From contig DATMBF010000028.1 in the NCBI GenBank assembly GCA_035559595.1, forward strand, positions 23,864 to 87,863: a stretch of DNA of 64,000 bases, read 5' to 3'. The position numbers and the translations under genes are program-made. Position 1 is the first letter of the stretch. The number at the start of each line of letters is the position of its first letter. The notes under the pieces are model-generated. The model was not told the DNA's origin and ran no database searches. It was given only the letters and a program-made list of their open reading frames with translations. Below are positions 49,901 through 58,741 of this stretch, piece after piece. The DNA comes from Bacteroidota bacterium. GTDB taxonomy: Bacteria > Bacteroidota > Ignavibacteria > UBA10030.

Positions 49901-50673
49901 CCTACAAAGTCTGCCAACCATAACGTGACAGCCGTTTTCGGAAGAAGCTTTGTGCCATCGTTTTTGATTTCATGGACGAAGAAAACAGCGTCCGCCACAG
50001 AGGCTTGCGACCACTCCATGACGCGGGTGTCGATAATGAGACCTAGCCCCCTTCTCGTCGGGTCGGTATCGTCCGGAGTATAATCAAAAACTGGTCTGTT
50101 GTAGTTGTCATCTCCAACACGAAAGTACATTTCCTGGTCGGCGCTAAACTGGTCTTTGCCAAAGTACCCATTCCACTTGCCCGCCCATCCGGGATCCTGC
50201 GCATCACCGAGTTTATCCGGCCAGAATGCTGGCCATGTTGCGGGCTCATCGCTCTTTGCTATCTTATTGGCAGCGAGATTGAAGTATCCCGGGATTGGCT
50301 CAAGGTTCCACGAACCGCCGGTTTGGGGGTTTTGGCGATACGTTGGGAGGTCCACAATTCTCGCTATGTTCCCATTATTCAGTCGAACCTCAGCCCCGAC
50401 AAATAAGCCAACGAGAGCAACGTAATAGCGATTCGTATTTTTCGGCCATTCGTATGGCACTCCTTGCCCTACTCCCGTTCTTCCGGAAAAGCAAAAGTTG
50501 AACACGCTCGTTCGCACATTATTGCCATCAATCTCTGTTCTTCGACGATAACTTGGGTCAACACGTTCTTTGCTCGGAACATGCTGGGCCACGCTTTCCG
50601 CGAACAGTGAAATCTGTACGAGGATCAACAACAACCTTAATTGCTTTCTGGTCATGAAATACTCCGACGTCAT
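46987..50673 (-). CDS. 1228-aa secreted protein with Asp-rich Ca-binding (thrombospondin type 3-like) repeats and T9SS-type C-terminal domain
   Basis: Has a signal peptide and multiple DNDGDG, DxDxDG and NIDNDGN repeats. The C-terminal 70 aa (TIRIYTVNGELVATIEH...GVYIYHIE...KFAVIK) resemble a T9SS CTD. Confidence 0.65.
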   Translation of the reverse strand: MTSEYFMTRKQLRLLLILVQISLFAESVAQHVPSKERVDPSYRRRTEIDGNNVRTSVFNFCFSGRTGVGQGVPYEWPKNTNRYYVALVGLFVGAEVRLNNGNIARIVDLPTYRQNPQTGGSWNLEPIPGYFNLAANKIAKSDEPATWPAFWPDKLGDAQDPGWAGKWNGYFGKDQFSADQEMYFRVGDDNYNRPVFDYTPDDTDPTRRGLGLIIDTRVMEWSQASVADAVFFVHEIKNDGTKLLPKTAVTLWLADFVGGDGDSQDDSPSFDLLLDIAFSLDSDGVSSNPAFQGTFVGAAATLYLETPGNATDKIDNDGDGEPGGSKILPTMLGGEIKADGVDNNRNGLIDEDSTHVPFGVQVGVGFADGIDNDGDGEVGSPTVTSAMVTEASSDNVNGYQWKRWPPNSEADAVQDSVIHLIDVGPEDVGRRYKDNIDNDGNSLGNWPTVTQLMIDQAASDPYKRYRVPGTTVFLYDVGAEDLGKKYINRDGARDPNIDEGIDEMIDESRDDGYDNDSDWNPLTDDVGLDGAPNTGDPGEGDGKPTSGANTPFPGEPNIDKTDVAEADQIGLTNVQYLPAGAIDFSTTPDIFFWASFMLPGSFVNPALIPTGESDLFVSSGVFPLRPGQIERISYAVVFGNAVRAGNARASGAMDDALRKREYALLAYTEDYQFAQAPLEPTLKAVPGDRKVTLYWDDVAEQSVDRFLQGIPGAPARDFQGYKIYRSTDPAFEDARLITDAFGNPAPFLKALVTFDRKDGIKGFHPVSFNGVQFDLGNDTGILHSWTDTTVQNGQKYYYAIRAYDEGYAPLQISPAESNLRISIDNVTGEVRSIGKSVVIVTPEAPVAGYVPPQGTAATLVQGNTTGKVRFDVVDPRSIRANNRYRVVFEDTVISGGGTAPDTFKTKNYSLINITNQNFPDTLIRRNQNLQDGAEQPLTQGFRLILQNEKTFGVNPALSGWNRTGVYDFDFKQWKGGAIIGLPKPADYKVIFGSANFDTSTAYTVRSPAGSTGFRPAVPVNFKVFNISENKEIEFAFWELNTSDGGPGIFSADASETDIIIFLERDLQGNLVTTWSFRVFYNSSRGRPVAGDTATIVLSKIFRGSDVFEFTTTAATVDTAKAKSELDRIKVVPNPYVAAATWEERNPFATGRGPRSIHFIHLPQRCTIRIYTVNGELVATIEHDSTLLDGTAEWNLLSRDQLSVSYGVYIYHIEAPGIGEKIGKFAVIK

Positions 50674-50682
50674 ATAGCCATC

Positions 50683-53385
50683 TTAGAAGCTTAGTTCCAC
50701 CCCGACCTGAATCTCCCGCGGCTCGGAATAAAAATCGGGTCGGGTAATAAACTGTTCAACGGTATTGACCCGCCCCGGGTTCTGATTAACGGGTCCAGCC
50801 CCTAAGGCACGCACAGAAGCGGTCGCCCGACCTGTTTGTCCAAACACCTCTACCTCGTTGCGCCGGTCGAAAAGATTAAAGACTTTCAAAAAGACAACCA
50901 GATTCAACGGCCCCAGCGCAAAGTTCTTGAACGCATTGAGATCAATCGTGTAGGTTGGAGGTCTTCTTCTGCTGTTCTTTGTCAGCACTCTTGCGGCATC
51001 CTCCCCACGTCCTTCGGCCTGATTTAACACCGGTGAGTACGGTAACCCCGAACCGTAACGCCCCAAAAGGAACACTCCCCAATCTCCGCTGCTGAGGCCC
51101 GTAGAAATGTTCACGGTGTGGGTTTGGTCCCAATCCAGCGGTGTCAACGTCCTCGATGGCTCTCTATTGCTTTGTTGCGCCGCCTGCTCTTCATCGGGGT
51201 TCGAATTATTTCCCTCCGCTACTTGAAACGTGTACGACAGATTGAAAGAAAACGGGTCGGCAATATGCGAAGACCGTTTGTTCATCGTCAACGTGATGCC
51301 ACGAGAATTGGCATAATCACGATTGATGAAAATGGTATAGTAGGAAGTGGCCGTTTCCGGGTCACGAACCGGTATTCTCGTACTCGTTGACACCCAGTCG
51401 CGCGTATCACGATAAAACCCCGTGACATCAAAACTCATGTCTTCAGTGACCTGCTGTTGCAATCCAAATTCATACATGACCGTTTTCTGAGGATTAAGGT
51501 CGGGATTCCCGTACACCCCCTGCAATCCGCTTGCCGTTGTCACTTTGTAACCCGGTTTTTGATAAAGATGAATGAAAGACGGTATCTGGAGAAAATGACC
51601 GTACGAGAAGTGTAAAACGCCACGGTCAGTAATGGGGTAAGAGATTCCGAATCTCGGGCTGATGCTCTTCTTGGGAGAGGCTTTCTTGTACCATTTTGCC
51701 AGCCGTTGATCAAACGATAGGGATTGATTCTCTGGTTTCTGTGGCAAATAAACGTTTGGGTCCTGCGGATCCACCAAAACTTCACCCTTTGAATCAAAAT
51801 AGTCAAACCGCACACCGATGTTCATAATCATCTGCTCATATTCCAACTTATCTTGAATATACCCAGAAAATTCGATGGGTTTTCGAGTGTACTGTTCATG
51901 AAGCGGCGTCGTGATATCTGGAATTTCGGGTACATAGCTACCATCGCTCAGCTGACGCGGAGCCAGACTATAGTCGTCAAGAAACAGTTCATGAACTCTT
52001 CCCTCGAGTCCAAATTTCAACTGGTGAAGTCGATTGATCTGGTCGGTGTAGTCAAACTTCGCGACGTTTGTCTTCGTCGTTCTGCGAAACCGATGATTGT
52101 TCGTTCCCTTCTTGATGAACTCGTACAAATCTCTGTTTGTTGCCTGTGGATCGACAATGTAGCGTGAATCGAATGGATCCGAGTACAAATATTCCTTAAA
52201 TCTCTTGTAAAAGGTGCTAAGATTGACGGTATAGAAGGAACTTGAGCTGAGGGTATGCGTTAACACAAGCGAGTAATTATAACCTCGGTCGAACTTCTTC
52301 ACATCGCCATCAGGGGTGTATTTCCAATCGTGGTTATAGTCGCGATATTCGATGTCGCTGTAAATACCCGTCAAGCTTAACCGCATCGCCGGCGTTATAC
52401 TATACGTCAGTTTTGCCTGGCCTGAGAATCGTTGCCGGTTGTTCATTGGCACAAAAGCACTGTCTCCGGCCGTACCATCGGGATTGAACCGCCTCACACC
52501 GTACAACCATCCATCGGTCTTATAAAACCGACCAGATGCATAAAAGGTAAGGTGAGGAATAAGAGGAACTGGTCCACTCAAACTCCCCTCGACATTAAGG
52601 TTATCGGTCGGATTGGTACTCTTGAGATTGGTAAACAAATGGGAATCGCGCGTGAAATAGTCTCCGGAGTAATACGTGAAGTATCCGCGCAATCTCTCTC
52701 CCCCATCTTTTGTAACAATGTTCACGATGCCAGACATTGCCTGGCCGTATTCGGCGTTAAAAGTCCCGCTAATCACTTGCAATTCCTGCATAGAATTGTT
52801 GTCAATTTGCACGGCCTGCCCCCCATCGTACACGTCTGATACAGAAACTCCATCTACCCAATACGCCACTTCGCTTGTCCTCCCTCCTCGAATGTGAATA
52901 CCGCCTCCGCGATCCACTGTAATCCCAGCTTGGAGGGAGAGTACTTCATGGACCTCCTGCACTGGCATGTTTCGAATCTCGTTGGAGGTCACGCGTGCTT
53001 CCGATGATGTCAAGTCCTTTCGGATAACCGGAATTTCGGCTGTAACAGTAACCTCCTCGAGCTCTACGACCGTAGGATCAAGACTTACGTCAACGGTGGT
53101 GGTCAGATCGATATTCACCTGAATACCAGAAACTGTTTTCCTCGTAAATCCAATCGACGAAACGATAACGTTGTATTTGCCTGGCGGCACATTAAGAATT
53201 ACATAGTACCCTTCAACATCGGTTGCTGCACCGAGCGTCGTACCTTCCAGAACAATGTTCGCGCCAATCAACGGCTCTCCGCTCGAGGCATCCTTAACAC
53301 GTCCGGCAACTTTGCCCGTCGTTCCTCCAAAAACCACCGTAGAAGTAACAAACGTAATCAACAGAATAACCGATAGAGATTTCAT
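50683..53385 (-). CDS. TonB-dependent receptor with N-terminal carboxypeptidase-regulatory-like domain
   Basis: 900 aa with a signal peptide. A CarboxypepD_reg-like domain (GKVAGRVKDASSGEPLIGANIVLEGT...GYYVI) is followed by a plug (EVHEVLSLQAGI) and a beta-barrel ending ...GVELSF. Confidence 0.8.
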   Translation of the reverse strand: MKSLSVILLITFVTSTVVFGGTTGKVAGRVKDASSGEPLIGANIVLEGTTLGAATDVEGYYVILNVPPGKYNVIVSSIGFTRKTVSGIQVNIDLTTTVDVSLDPTVVELEEVTVTAEIPVIRKDLTSSEARVTSNEIRNMPVQEVHEVLSLQAGITVDRGGGIHIRGGRTSEVAYWVDGVSVSDVYDGGQAVQIDNNSMQELQVISGTFNAEYGQAMSGIVNIVTKDGGERLRGYFTYYSGDYFTRDSHLFTNLKSTNPTDNLNVEGSLSGPVPLIPHLTFYASGRFYKTDGWLYGVRRFNPDGTAGDSAFVPMNNRQRFSGQAKLTYSITPAMRLSLTGIYSDIEYRDYNHDWKYTPDGDVKKFDRGYNYSLVLTHTLSSSSFYTVNLSTFYKRFKEYLYSDPFDSRYIVDPQATNRDLYEFIKKGTNNHRFRRTTKTNVAKFDYTDQINRLHQLKFGLEGRVHELFLDDYSLAPRQLSDGSYVPEIPDITTPLHEQYTRKPIEFSGYIQDKLEYEQMIMNIGVRFDYFDSKGEVLVDPQDPNVYLPQKPENQSLSFDQRLAKWYKKASPKKSISPRFGISYPITDRGVLHFSYGHFLQIPSFIHLYQKPGYKVTTASGLQGVYGNPDLNPQKTVMYEFGLQQQVTEDMSFDVTGFYRDTRDWVSTSTRIPVRDPETATSYYTIFINRDYANSRGITLTMNKRSSHIADPFSFNLSYTFQVAEGNNSNPDEEQAAQQSNREPSRTLTPLDWDQTHTVNISTGLSSGDWGVFLLGRYGSGLPYSPVLNQAEGRGEDAARVLTKNSRRRPPTYTIDLNAFKNFALGPLNLVVFLKVFNLFDRRNEVEVFGQTGRATASVRALGAGPVNQNPGRVNTVEQFITRPDFYSEPREIQVGVELSF

Positions 53386-53405
53386 TGAGACTTCCTTCTC
53401 GTCAT

Positions 53406-55082
53406 TTAAAGCCGAATTTCGGCCAAGGTGTTCTCATCGATGGTGATCTCCGTCTTTGTCCGCAACTCATGGGCGGCGCGCTGGAGCGCCTGAAGCTTTC
53501 GCTGCTTGCGTATCCCCTCTAAGATTGATTCACGACTTTCACTGAAACTCTTTTGTCGCCCGTCTTTCTTCCCCAAGATCTTGAAGAGACCATAGTAAGG
53601 GTCGACGAATTCCGGCCCCAGAATCGCCCCAACGTTCGACTTGGCGAATTTCTCTCCAAGAGTTCCATATTGGTCAATTGTGAGATATCCTAATTCGCCA
53701 CCCTTCTTCGCAGCCCACAGCCTGATAGAGTGTGCTTTTGCCAATGTTGAAAAATCTTTTCCCCGATCAAGCCGATTTCGGAGCTGCTCCGCTTCTTCCA
53801 ATGTTCTCACAAGAATCTCTGCTACGTTCACCTGGGGTGCATGCCGAAAATCGGCCTTGTTCATTTCATAAATCCTTCGCAATTCATCCTCCGAAACTTC
53901 TTCCGTTTCAACCTGCCGCTCAATGCCAGCAGCCCATTCTTTGAGGGCATACCGCAGCGTCATTTCCTGGATCTGTGCCACGGTCTCAGCCTCTTGGTCG
54001 ATTCCATCCTTTGTTGCCCTTTCAAGGAGAACCTCGCGGGCTGCCAAACCTGTGATCAGTTCTTTGAGATCCTCGGCCGATTTCACACGAGCACGTTGTT
54101 TTGAGGTGGTGAATTCCAGCTTCTCAAGAAATTCCTGAACACTCCACGACGCATGCTCGAATCTCACGATCTGAGCATCTGGATTCATCGCCTGAGAGAC
54201 GACCGTCTCAGCACGAAATACCTGTCCGCCTTGGAGAATATCCCACTGGGCAAGAATCTGCGTTAAAGACTCCGGCACAAACTCCGGAGAAAGTTCTCGA
54301 GCTATGCTTCGGACTGTTTCTTCTATGGCCTTGATCGTCTTCTTCGTCCGAACACGGTCCTCAAGTTCTCCCTTTTGCTTGGCATAATCGTTCTCTGAGA
54401 GCAAAGGGTGATCCACACGATCTTCGACTTTCACAATCGCGTATCCTACGCCTATCCGCACAGGATCCGAAAGTTCACCTATTGGCAGTGAGAAAGCGAC
54501 CTCTTCAAGCCTTGCATCCATCTCACCACGACCGAAATAGCCGAGATATCCACCGTTGCTGGCCAGGCCGGGATCGCTGAAGACCGTGCGTGCCAACGAT
54601 TGAAACGTTGTGCCTTCTAACAGTTTGCGCTTGAGATCCCATGCGCCGCTCTCCGTTTTTGCATACAGGTACCGAGCGCTAACTTTTGCATTCGCATGAC
54701 GAAACTCCTCCCATAATTCCTTTTCCGTTACTTGAATCTTCTTAGCAATGAACTTGACCGCGTATCGATCCAGCATTGCTTGCAACCGAATCTCCGTTAG
54801 ACGTTTTCGAACCGAAGCTTGCTCGAACCACCCATCACGTCGAAGCTTCCCAAGAATAAGGACCTCATTTACCATATTCTGAAGGACATTTCTTCTTTGG
54901 ACAATATTGTCTGAGGTCCCGGACGCTCGGAGAAATTTCTCATACCTTGTCTTGAAATCCTTGATCTGAATCGTTTCGTCACCAACACGGGCCAGAACTC
55001 CGGTCTCTTCTCGAGCACAACTCCCAAGAATGACTGCAGTCAAGATAAACGAGAACAGTGTAATGCGCCGTGGAAGGGTCAT
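53406..55082 (-). CDS. periplasmic peptidyl-prolyl cis-trans isomerase, SurA/PrsA-like with parvulin domains
   Basis: Has a lipobox (LGSCA). Parvulin-like segments include FSDPGLASNGGYLGYFGRGEM and KGGELGYLTIDQYGTLGEKFA. Confidence 0.75.
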   Translation of the reverse strand: MTLPRRITLFSFILTAVILGSCAREETGVLARVGDETIQIKDFKTRYEKFLRASGTSDNIVQRRNVLQNMVNEVLILGKLRRDGWFEQASVRKRLTEIRLQAMLDRYAVKFIAKKIQVTEKELWEEFRHANAKVSARYLYAKTESGAWDLKRKLLEGTTFQSLARTVFSDPGLASNGGYLGYFGRGEMDARLEEVAFSLPIGELSDPVRIGVGYAIVKVEDRVDHPLLSENDYAKQKGELEDRVRTKKTIKAIEETVRSIARELSPEFVPESLTQILAQWDILQGGQVFRAETVVSQAMNPDAQIVRFEHASWSVQEFLEKLEFTTSKQRARVKSAEDLKELITGLAAREVLLERATKDGIDQEAETVAQIQEMTLRYALKEWAAGIERQVETEEVSEDELRRIYEMNKADFRHAPQVNVAEILVRTLEEAEQLRNRLDRGKDFSTLAKAHSIRLWAAKKGGELGYLTIDQYGTLGEKFAKSNVGAILGPEFVDPYYGLFKILGKKDGRQKSFSESRESILEGIRKQRKLQALQRAAHELRTKTEITIDENTLAEIRL

Positions 55083-56941
55083 GTCTTTCTCAACACAATC
55101 GCTTTCTTTGCCGGCAGAGAAATCCGCAAGAAACCAGCTTCCTCTTCAACCTGTCCATCACCAAACACCTTCTCCCAACCGTTTTTCCATTCAATGACCT
55201 CTGGCCCAACCATATACTGCTGTTGATCTGAAGAATTGTTCAAGAAAACACAGACGAGAGATCTTTCGGTTCTGCGGAAGAATCCAAGGCTATTCTTTGC
55301 ATCGTCCATGAGAATGAATTTCATTGAACCATTCGTGAGGGCGGGAGTCGATCGGCGGAGAGCAAGAAGTTCTTTATAAAAGGCGTGCAGCGTTGAGTCA
55401 AAAGCATTTCGATCGGGAGGGCGAAACTTCGACCAGGGATGTGAGCGTTCAGGCTCGAACCTCATCTCCGGCCATACCATCGGCTTCCGACAATCCGGGT
55501 CATCTGCTCCCCACATTCCTGCTTCAGTGCCATAGTAGATCATCGGTGCACCAAGGTAGGTCATTTGGAACACCGCCATCAGCCTCAACGTCTCCATTTC
55601 CCTTTCATTCGGCTTGCGAACATTGTAATCGTTGTTATCGCTCACTCCAACACGCTTATCGTACGGGAGATCGGCATTGACAATGTGTGAAGACATTCTA
55701 TCGGTGTCGTGACTGTCATAGAGATTCATGAGCGAGAAATTGAACCGCTCGGGATAATCTTTGAGAAATCCGTCGAGCCGGGACACAACATCACTTGGCT
55801 TAATTGCCGTTTTCTGCCCCGCGAAGAAACGAAAAGCTTCCCTCGCCCATCGATAATTCATCACCGCGTCAAAGACATCCCCCTGAAGCCAGGGCGCGGC
55901 GTTGAACATCTTCTCGTTTTGCCAATCTTCCCACCACACCTCCCCAACAATATAGGCATCGGGATTAATCTCTCGAACCCATGTGCGAAATTCCCGCCAG
56001 AAAGCCGGATTGATCTTCTCTGCAACATCGAGACGCCATCCATCGATACCATCCTCGGGATTTCCATCGCCGTTCGGATCCATCCATCTCTTGACGATCG
56101 CTTTGATATGTTCCCTCGGACCCGATACTATTCCACGCTCATCTTCCCTGATCTCCGGAAGTTCACGTACGCCGTTCCACCCCTCATAACCGAACTCGTT
56201 CTCCGGAGTCTTTGGATCATCCCAGCGTTTGATGGAAAACCAATCTTTAAACCTAGACTTTTCCTGCTCCTTCTTCACGTCCTCGAATGCCCAAAACGTC
56301 ATTCCGACGTGATTAAAAACTCCGTCGATCACGACACGAATCCCTCTCTTGTGTGCCTCTTGAATCAGGCGCAAAAATACCTTATCCGCTGCCGACCACT
56401 TCCATGTCGAGGGATCGCTGGGATCCTCGCTCCTCCACAGCGCTCTATCACCTTCAGGATCCGGACCGAAATTGTTGTCTACATGATGATAGAATGTCGC
56501 ATCATACTTGTGCAGAGATGGGGATTCGAAAATCGGATTGAGATAGATTGCATTGATACCAAGATCCGTGAGATAATCCAACCTGTCGATTACTCCCTGA
56601 AGATCACCCCCATAACGCCTCTGCTGAACGTGAAAATAGAATCCCTTTCCATCGTTGCCCTCCCAAGGCTGAAAAGCGTACCAATCGCCCGCCCAGCTAC
56701 TCACCTGCCACCCTGGGGCGACTTCATGCGGCCATGCGCCAGTGAGATCCACCGGACGTGGATCGTTGTTCGGATCCCCATTGCTGAAGCGCTCGGGAAA
56801 GATTTGATACCAGACAGCAGACGCCGCCCAAGAAGGCGGATGATCAAACGGTGTTGTCGAAGAAGGTGCAGATCGAGTACAAGAAAGGAGAACGATGATG
56901 AGCATGGACGAGAGAAGAGCAAACGTGGGACTGCGTCTCAT
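55079..56941 (-). CDS. GH13 alpha-amylase family lipoprotein (neopullulanase/cyclomaltodextrinase-like)
   Basis: Lipobox LLSCT. GH13 regions VVIDGVFNHVG, DGWRLDVAEKI, YIVGEVW and LYDSHDTDR are present. Confidence 0.85.
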   Translation of the reverse strand: MRRSPTFALLSSMLIIVLLSCTRSAPSSTTPFDHPPSWAASAVWYQIFPERFSNGDPNNDPRPVDLTGAWPHEVAPGWQVSSWAGDWYAFQPWEGNDGKGFYFHVQQRRYGGDLQGVIDRLDYLTDLGINAIYLNPIFESPSLHKYDATFYHHVDNNFGPDPEGDRALWRSEDPSDPSTWKWSAADKVFLRLIQEAHKRGIRVVIDGVFNHVGMTFWAFEDVKKEQEKSRFKDWFSIKRWDDPKTPENEFGYEGWNGVRELPEIREDERGIVSGPREHIKAIVKRWMDPNGDGNPEDGIDGWRLDVAEKINPAFWREFRTWVREINPDAYIVGEVWWEDWQNEKMFNAAPWLQGDVFDAVMNYRWAREAFRFFAGQKTAIKPSDVVSRLDGFLKDYPERFNFSLMNLYDSHDTDRMSSHIVNADLPYDKRVGVSDNNDYNVRKPNEREMETLRLMAVFQMTYLGAPMIYYGTEAGMWGADDPDCRKPMVWPEMRFEPERSHPWSKFRPPDRNAFDSTLHAFYKELLALRRSTPALTNGSMKFILMDDAKNSLGFFRRTERSLVCVFLNNSSDQQQYMVGPEVIEWKNGWEKVFGDGQVEEEAGFLRISLPAKKAIVLRKT

Positions 56942-57993
56942 ACGCTCCGGACTCCTGCCTCAACCTTTGAAGCCTTCTCGCCAAGCACAGCACCACACGT
57001 CTTTCGAATGACAAGCTCAGGCTTGAATTTCTTGTGTTGAACCGGAGCTTGCGGGTCCTTGATCCTTTGAAACAGCATATCGACAGCGAGCTCGCCCATC
57101 GCATGCATCGGCTGGCGCATGGTTGTTAGTCCAAGGTGACTGGCAAGCTCGATATCGTCAAAACTCACAATCGCAATGTCGTCGGGACAACTCTTTCCCC
57201 CTTCGGTCAATGCTTGAAGTGCACCCGCAGCCTGAATGTCGCTCGAAACAAAGAGAGCGGTCGGCATTTGGTTTCCCATTGCCAAAAATTCTTTCATCGT
57301 CTGATAACCTGCCTCCCGCGTGAATCCATCCAGCTCCGTCGACGCCGCCACTTTAACATACTCGGCAGGGACGCTCAAGCCCGCCTCTTTCATCGCTTTC
57401 CTGAAGCCTTCCACCCGCTCCTTTGCCGGACGGCTTTCCAAACTCGCGCTGAGCATTCCGATGCGACGGTGTCCTAAGGAAATAAGATGCCGCGTGGCGA
57501 GGCTTGCCCCGGCGACGTTCTCGACAAAAAGAGAGTCGAACTTCTCGTGATCCGTATCCACCAACACAATGGGGATGCGCTGGGCCACGTACTGCTCGAA
57601 AAGCTCCAGTGGGGCTTTCATGGAAAAGAAAAGAATCCCATCCACTCTTCCACGAAGAGCGCCTCGCCGCACAGAGGAGGCTACCTGGTCGGGATGATTG
57701 ACTCCATACAGGATGAGGTCGCAATCGAGCTCATTCAGCTTCGATTGGACTCCTTTGAAAACCTCAACAAAGAAGAATGTCGTAAAGAACGGGATAACGG
57801 CAAGGACAGAGTTTGTGCGTTTGCGGGCGAGCCCACGCGCATACGGATGGGGATGGTAGTTGAGTCTGTTCGCAACATTCAGTACTCGCTCCCGCGTCTC
57901 ATCCGAAACACTGGGATGATTGTTGAAAACCCGTGAGACAGTTCCTATACCGACTTTCGCCTCGCGGGCGATGTCATAAATCGTGACGCGCAA
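56938..57993 (-). CDS. LacI family transcriptional regulator (likely maltodextrin locus regulator)
   Basis: The N-terminal HTH is VTIYDIAREAKVGIGTVSRVFNN. A periplasmic-binding-fold sugar sensor domain follows. Confidence 0.85.
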   Translation of the reverse strand: MRVTIYDIAREAKVGIGTVSRVFNNHPSVSDETRERVLNVANRLNYHPHPYARGLARKRTNSVLAVIPFFTTFFFVEVFKGVQSKLNELDCDLILYGVNHPDQVASSVRRGALRGRVDGILFFSMKAPLELFEQYVAQRIPIVLVDTDHEKFDSLFVENVAGASLATRHLISLGHRRIGMLSASLESRPAKERVEGFRKAMKEAGLSVPAEYVKVAASTELDGFTREAGYQTMKEFLAMGNQMPTALFVSSDIQAAGALQALTEGGKSCPDDIAIVSFDDIELASHLGLTTMRQPMHAMGELAVDMLFQRIKDPQAPVQHKKFKPELVIRKTCGAVLGEKASKVEAGVRSV

Positions 57994-58315
57994 TGACGGC
58001 TCTATTGGTTTTTGGAAGGGCTTCCAGAAATTTAGGGATTAATGCCATAGAGTCAAGTGAAAAATAAGGGAATTCTGACTCTTGAGTTGGAAGCGCACTT
58101 CCATACACCCCCTCGGCTTGCCTCCAGAATCATCCGATCAATCAGGCTTATCCGTGTCGCGGGTCCGTCGACTCGCTACTACGACACGAGGTCCCTCCTT
58201 CGCTCCACGACCAGACGGATAAACGCCAGCGCCCCCCCCACATTAACCAATAACGGTTTACACATTCCGTTCGACGCGGAGCTCGTCGCGCCAAAAAGAG
58301 TGTTGCTATGAGTTT

Positions 58316-58729
58316 TTAAATGCTGTACTTCTCCTTTATCCAGTCCGGAATCTTCTCGGCCCTTCCCGTCTTCAGACTCACCATCGTGTAATGAAAATAC
58401 CCGTCGCAGCTCATCTTTCCGTTATCCTTGCGGAGAATCTCAAAATGCACTTTCACACCGTCCAAATGAATCTCCTGTATCCACGTCCGCACGATAAACG
58501 TGTCCCCCAGCCCCAGAGGACGCTTGAATTCTACGTGGGCCGTTTTTACTACCCAGCCAAACCCATGTTTGATGAACTCCTCCATGGGCATCCCATAGAA
58601 GCGCTTCATCTGGTCATAACGGGCGGCAAGGACATAGTCAAAATACCGGCTGTTATGGACATGCTGGTTCATGTCGATATCGTCCGGCCGTACCTGCATT
58701 TCCGTTTCGAACTTCGCATGGATCTTCAC
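58316..58729 (-). CDS. hotdog-fold acyl-CoA thioesterase (YbgC/4HBT family)
   Basis: 137 aa. VRPDDIDMNQHVHNSRYFDYV carries the conserved 4HBT catalytic region. Confidence 0.75.
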   Translation of the reverse strand: MKIHAKFETEMQVRPDDIDMNQHVHNSRYFDYVLAARYDQMKRFYGMPMEEFIKHGFGWVVKTAHVEFKRPLGLGDTFIVRTWIQEIHLDGVKVHFEILRKDNGKMSCDGYFHYTMVSLKTGRAEKIPDWIKEKYSI

Positions 58730-58741
58730 TTCTTCATCCTC

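Noticed and set aside
45937-53385. Reading the receptor operon as a SusC/SusD-type polysaccharide utilization locus
   Set aside because: No SusD-like (RagB/TPR lipoprotein) gene follows the receptor gene. The downstream genes are a Ca-binding-repeat T9SS protein and a PorV-like barrel instead.
58057-58311. 84-aa ORF in the 320-bp gap between the LacI gene and the thioesterase gene
   Set aside because: It has no start context, Pro/Arg-rich composition and no motifs. The region is more likely promoter/UTR for the LacI gene. I looked for a structured RNA (tmRNA, 6S, RNase P-like) and found only short imperfect hairpins.
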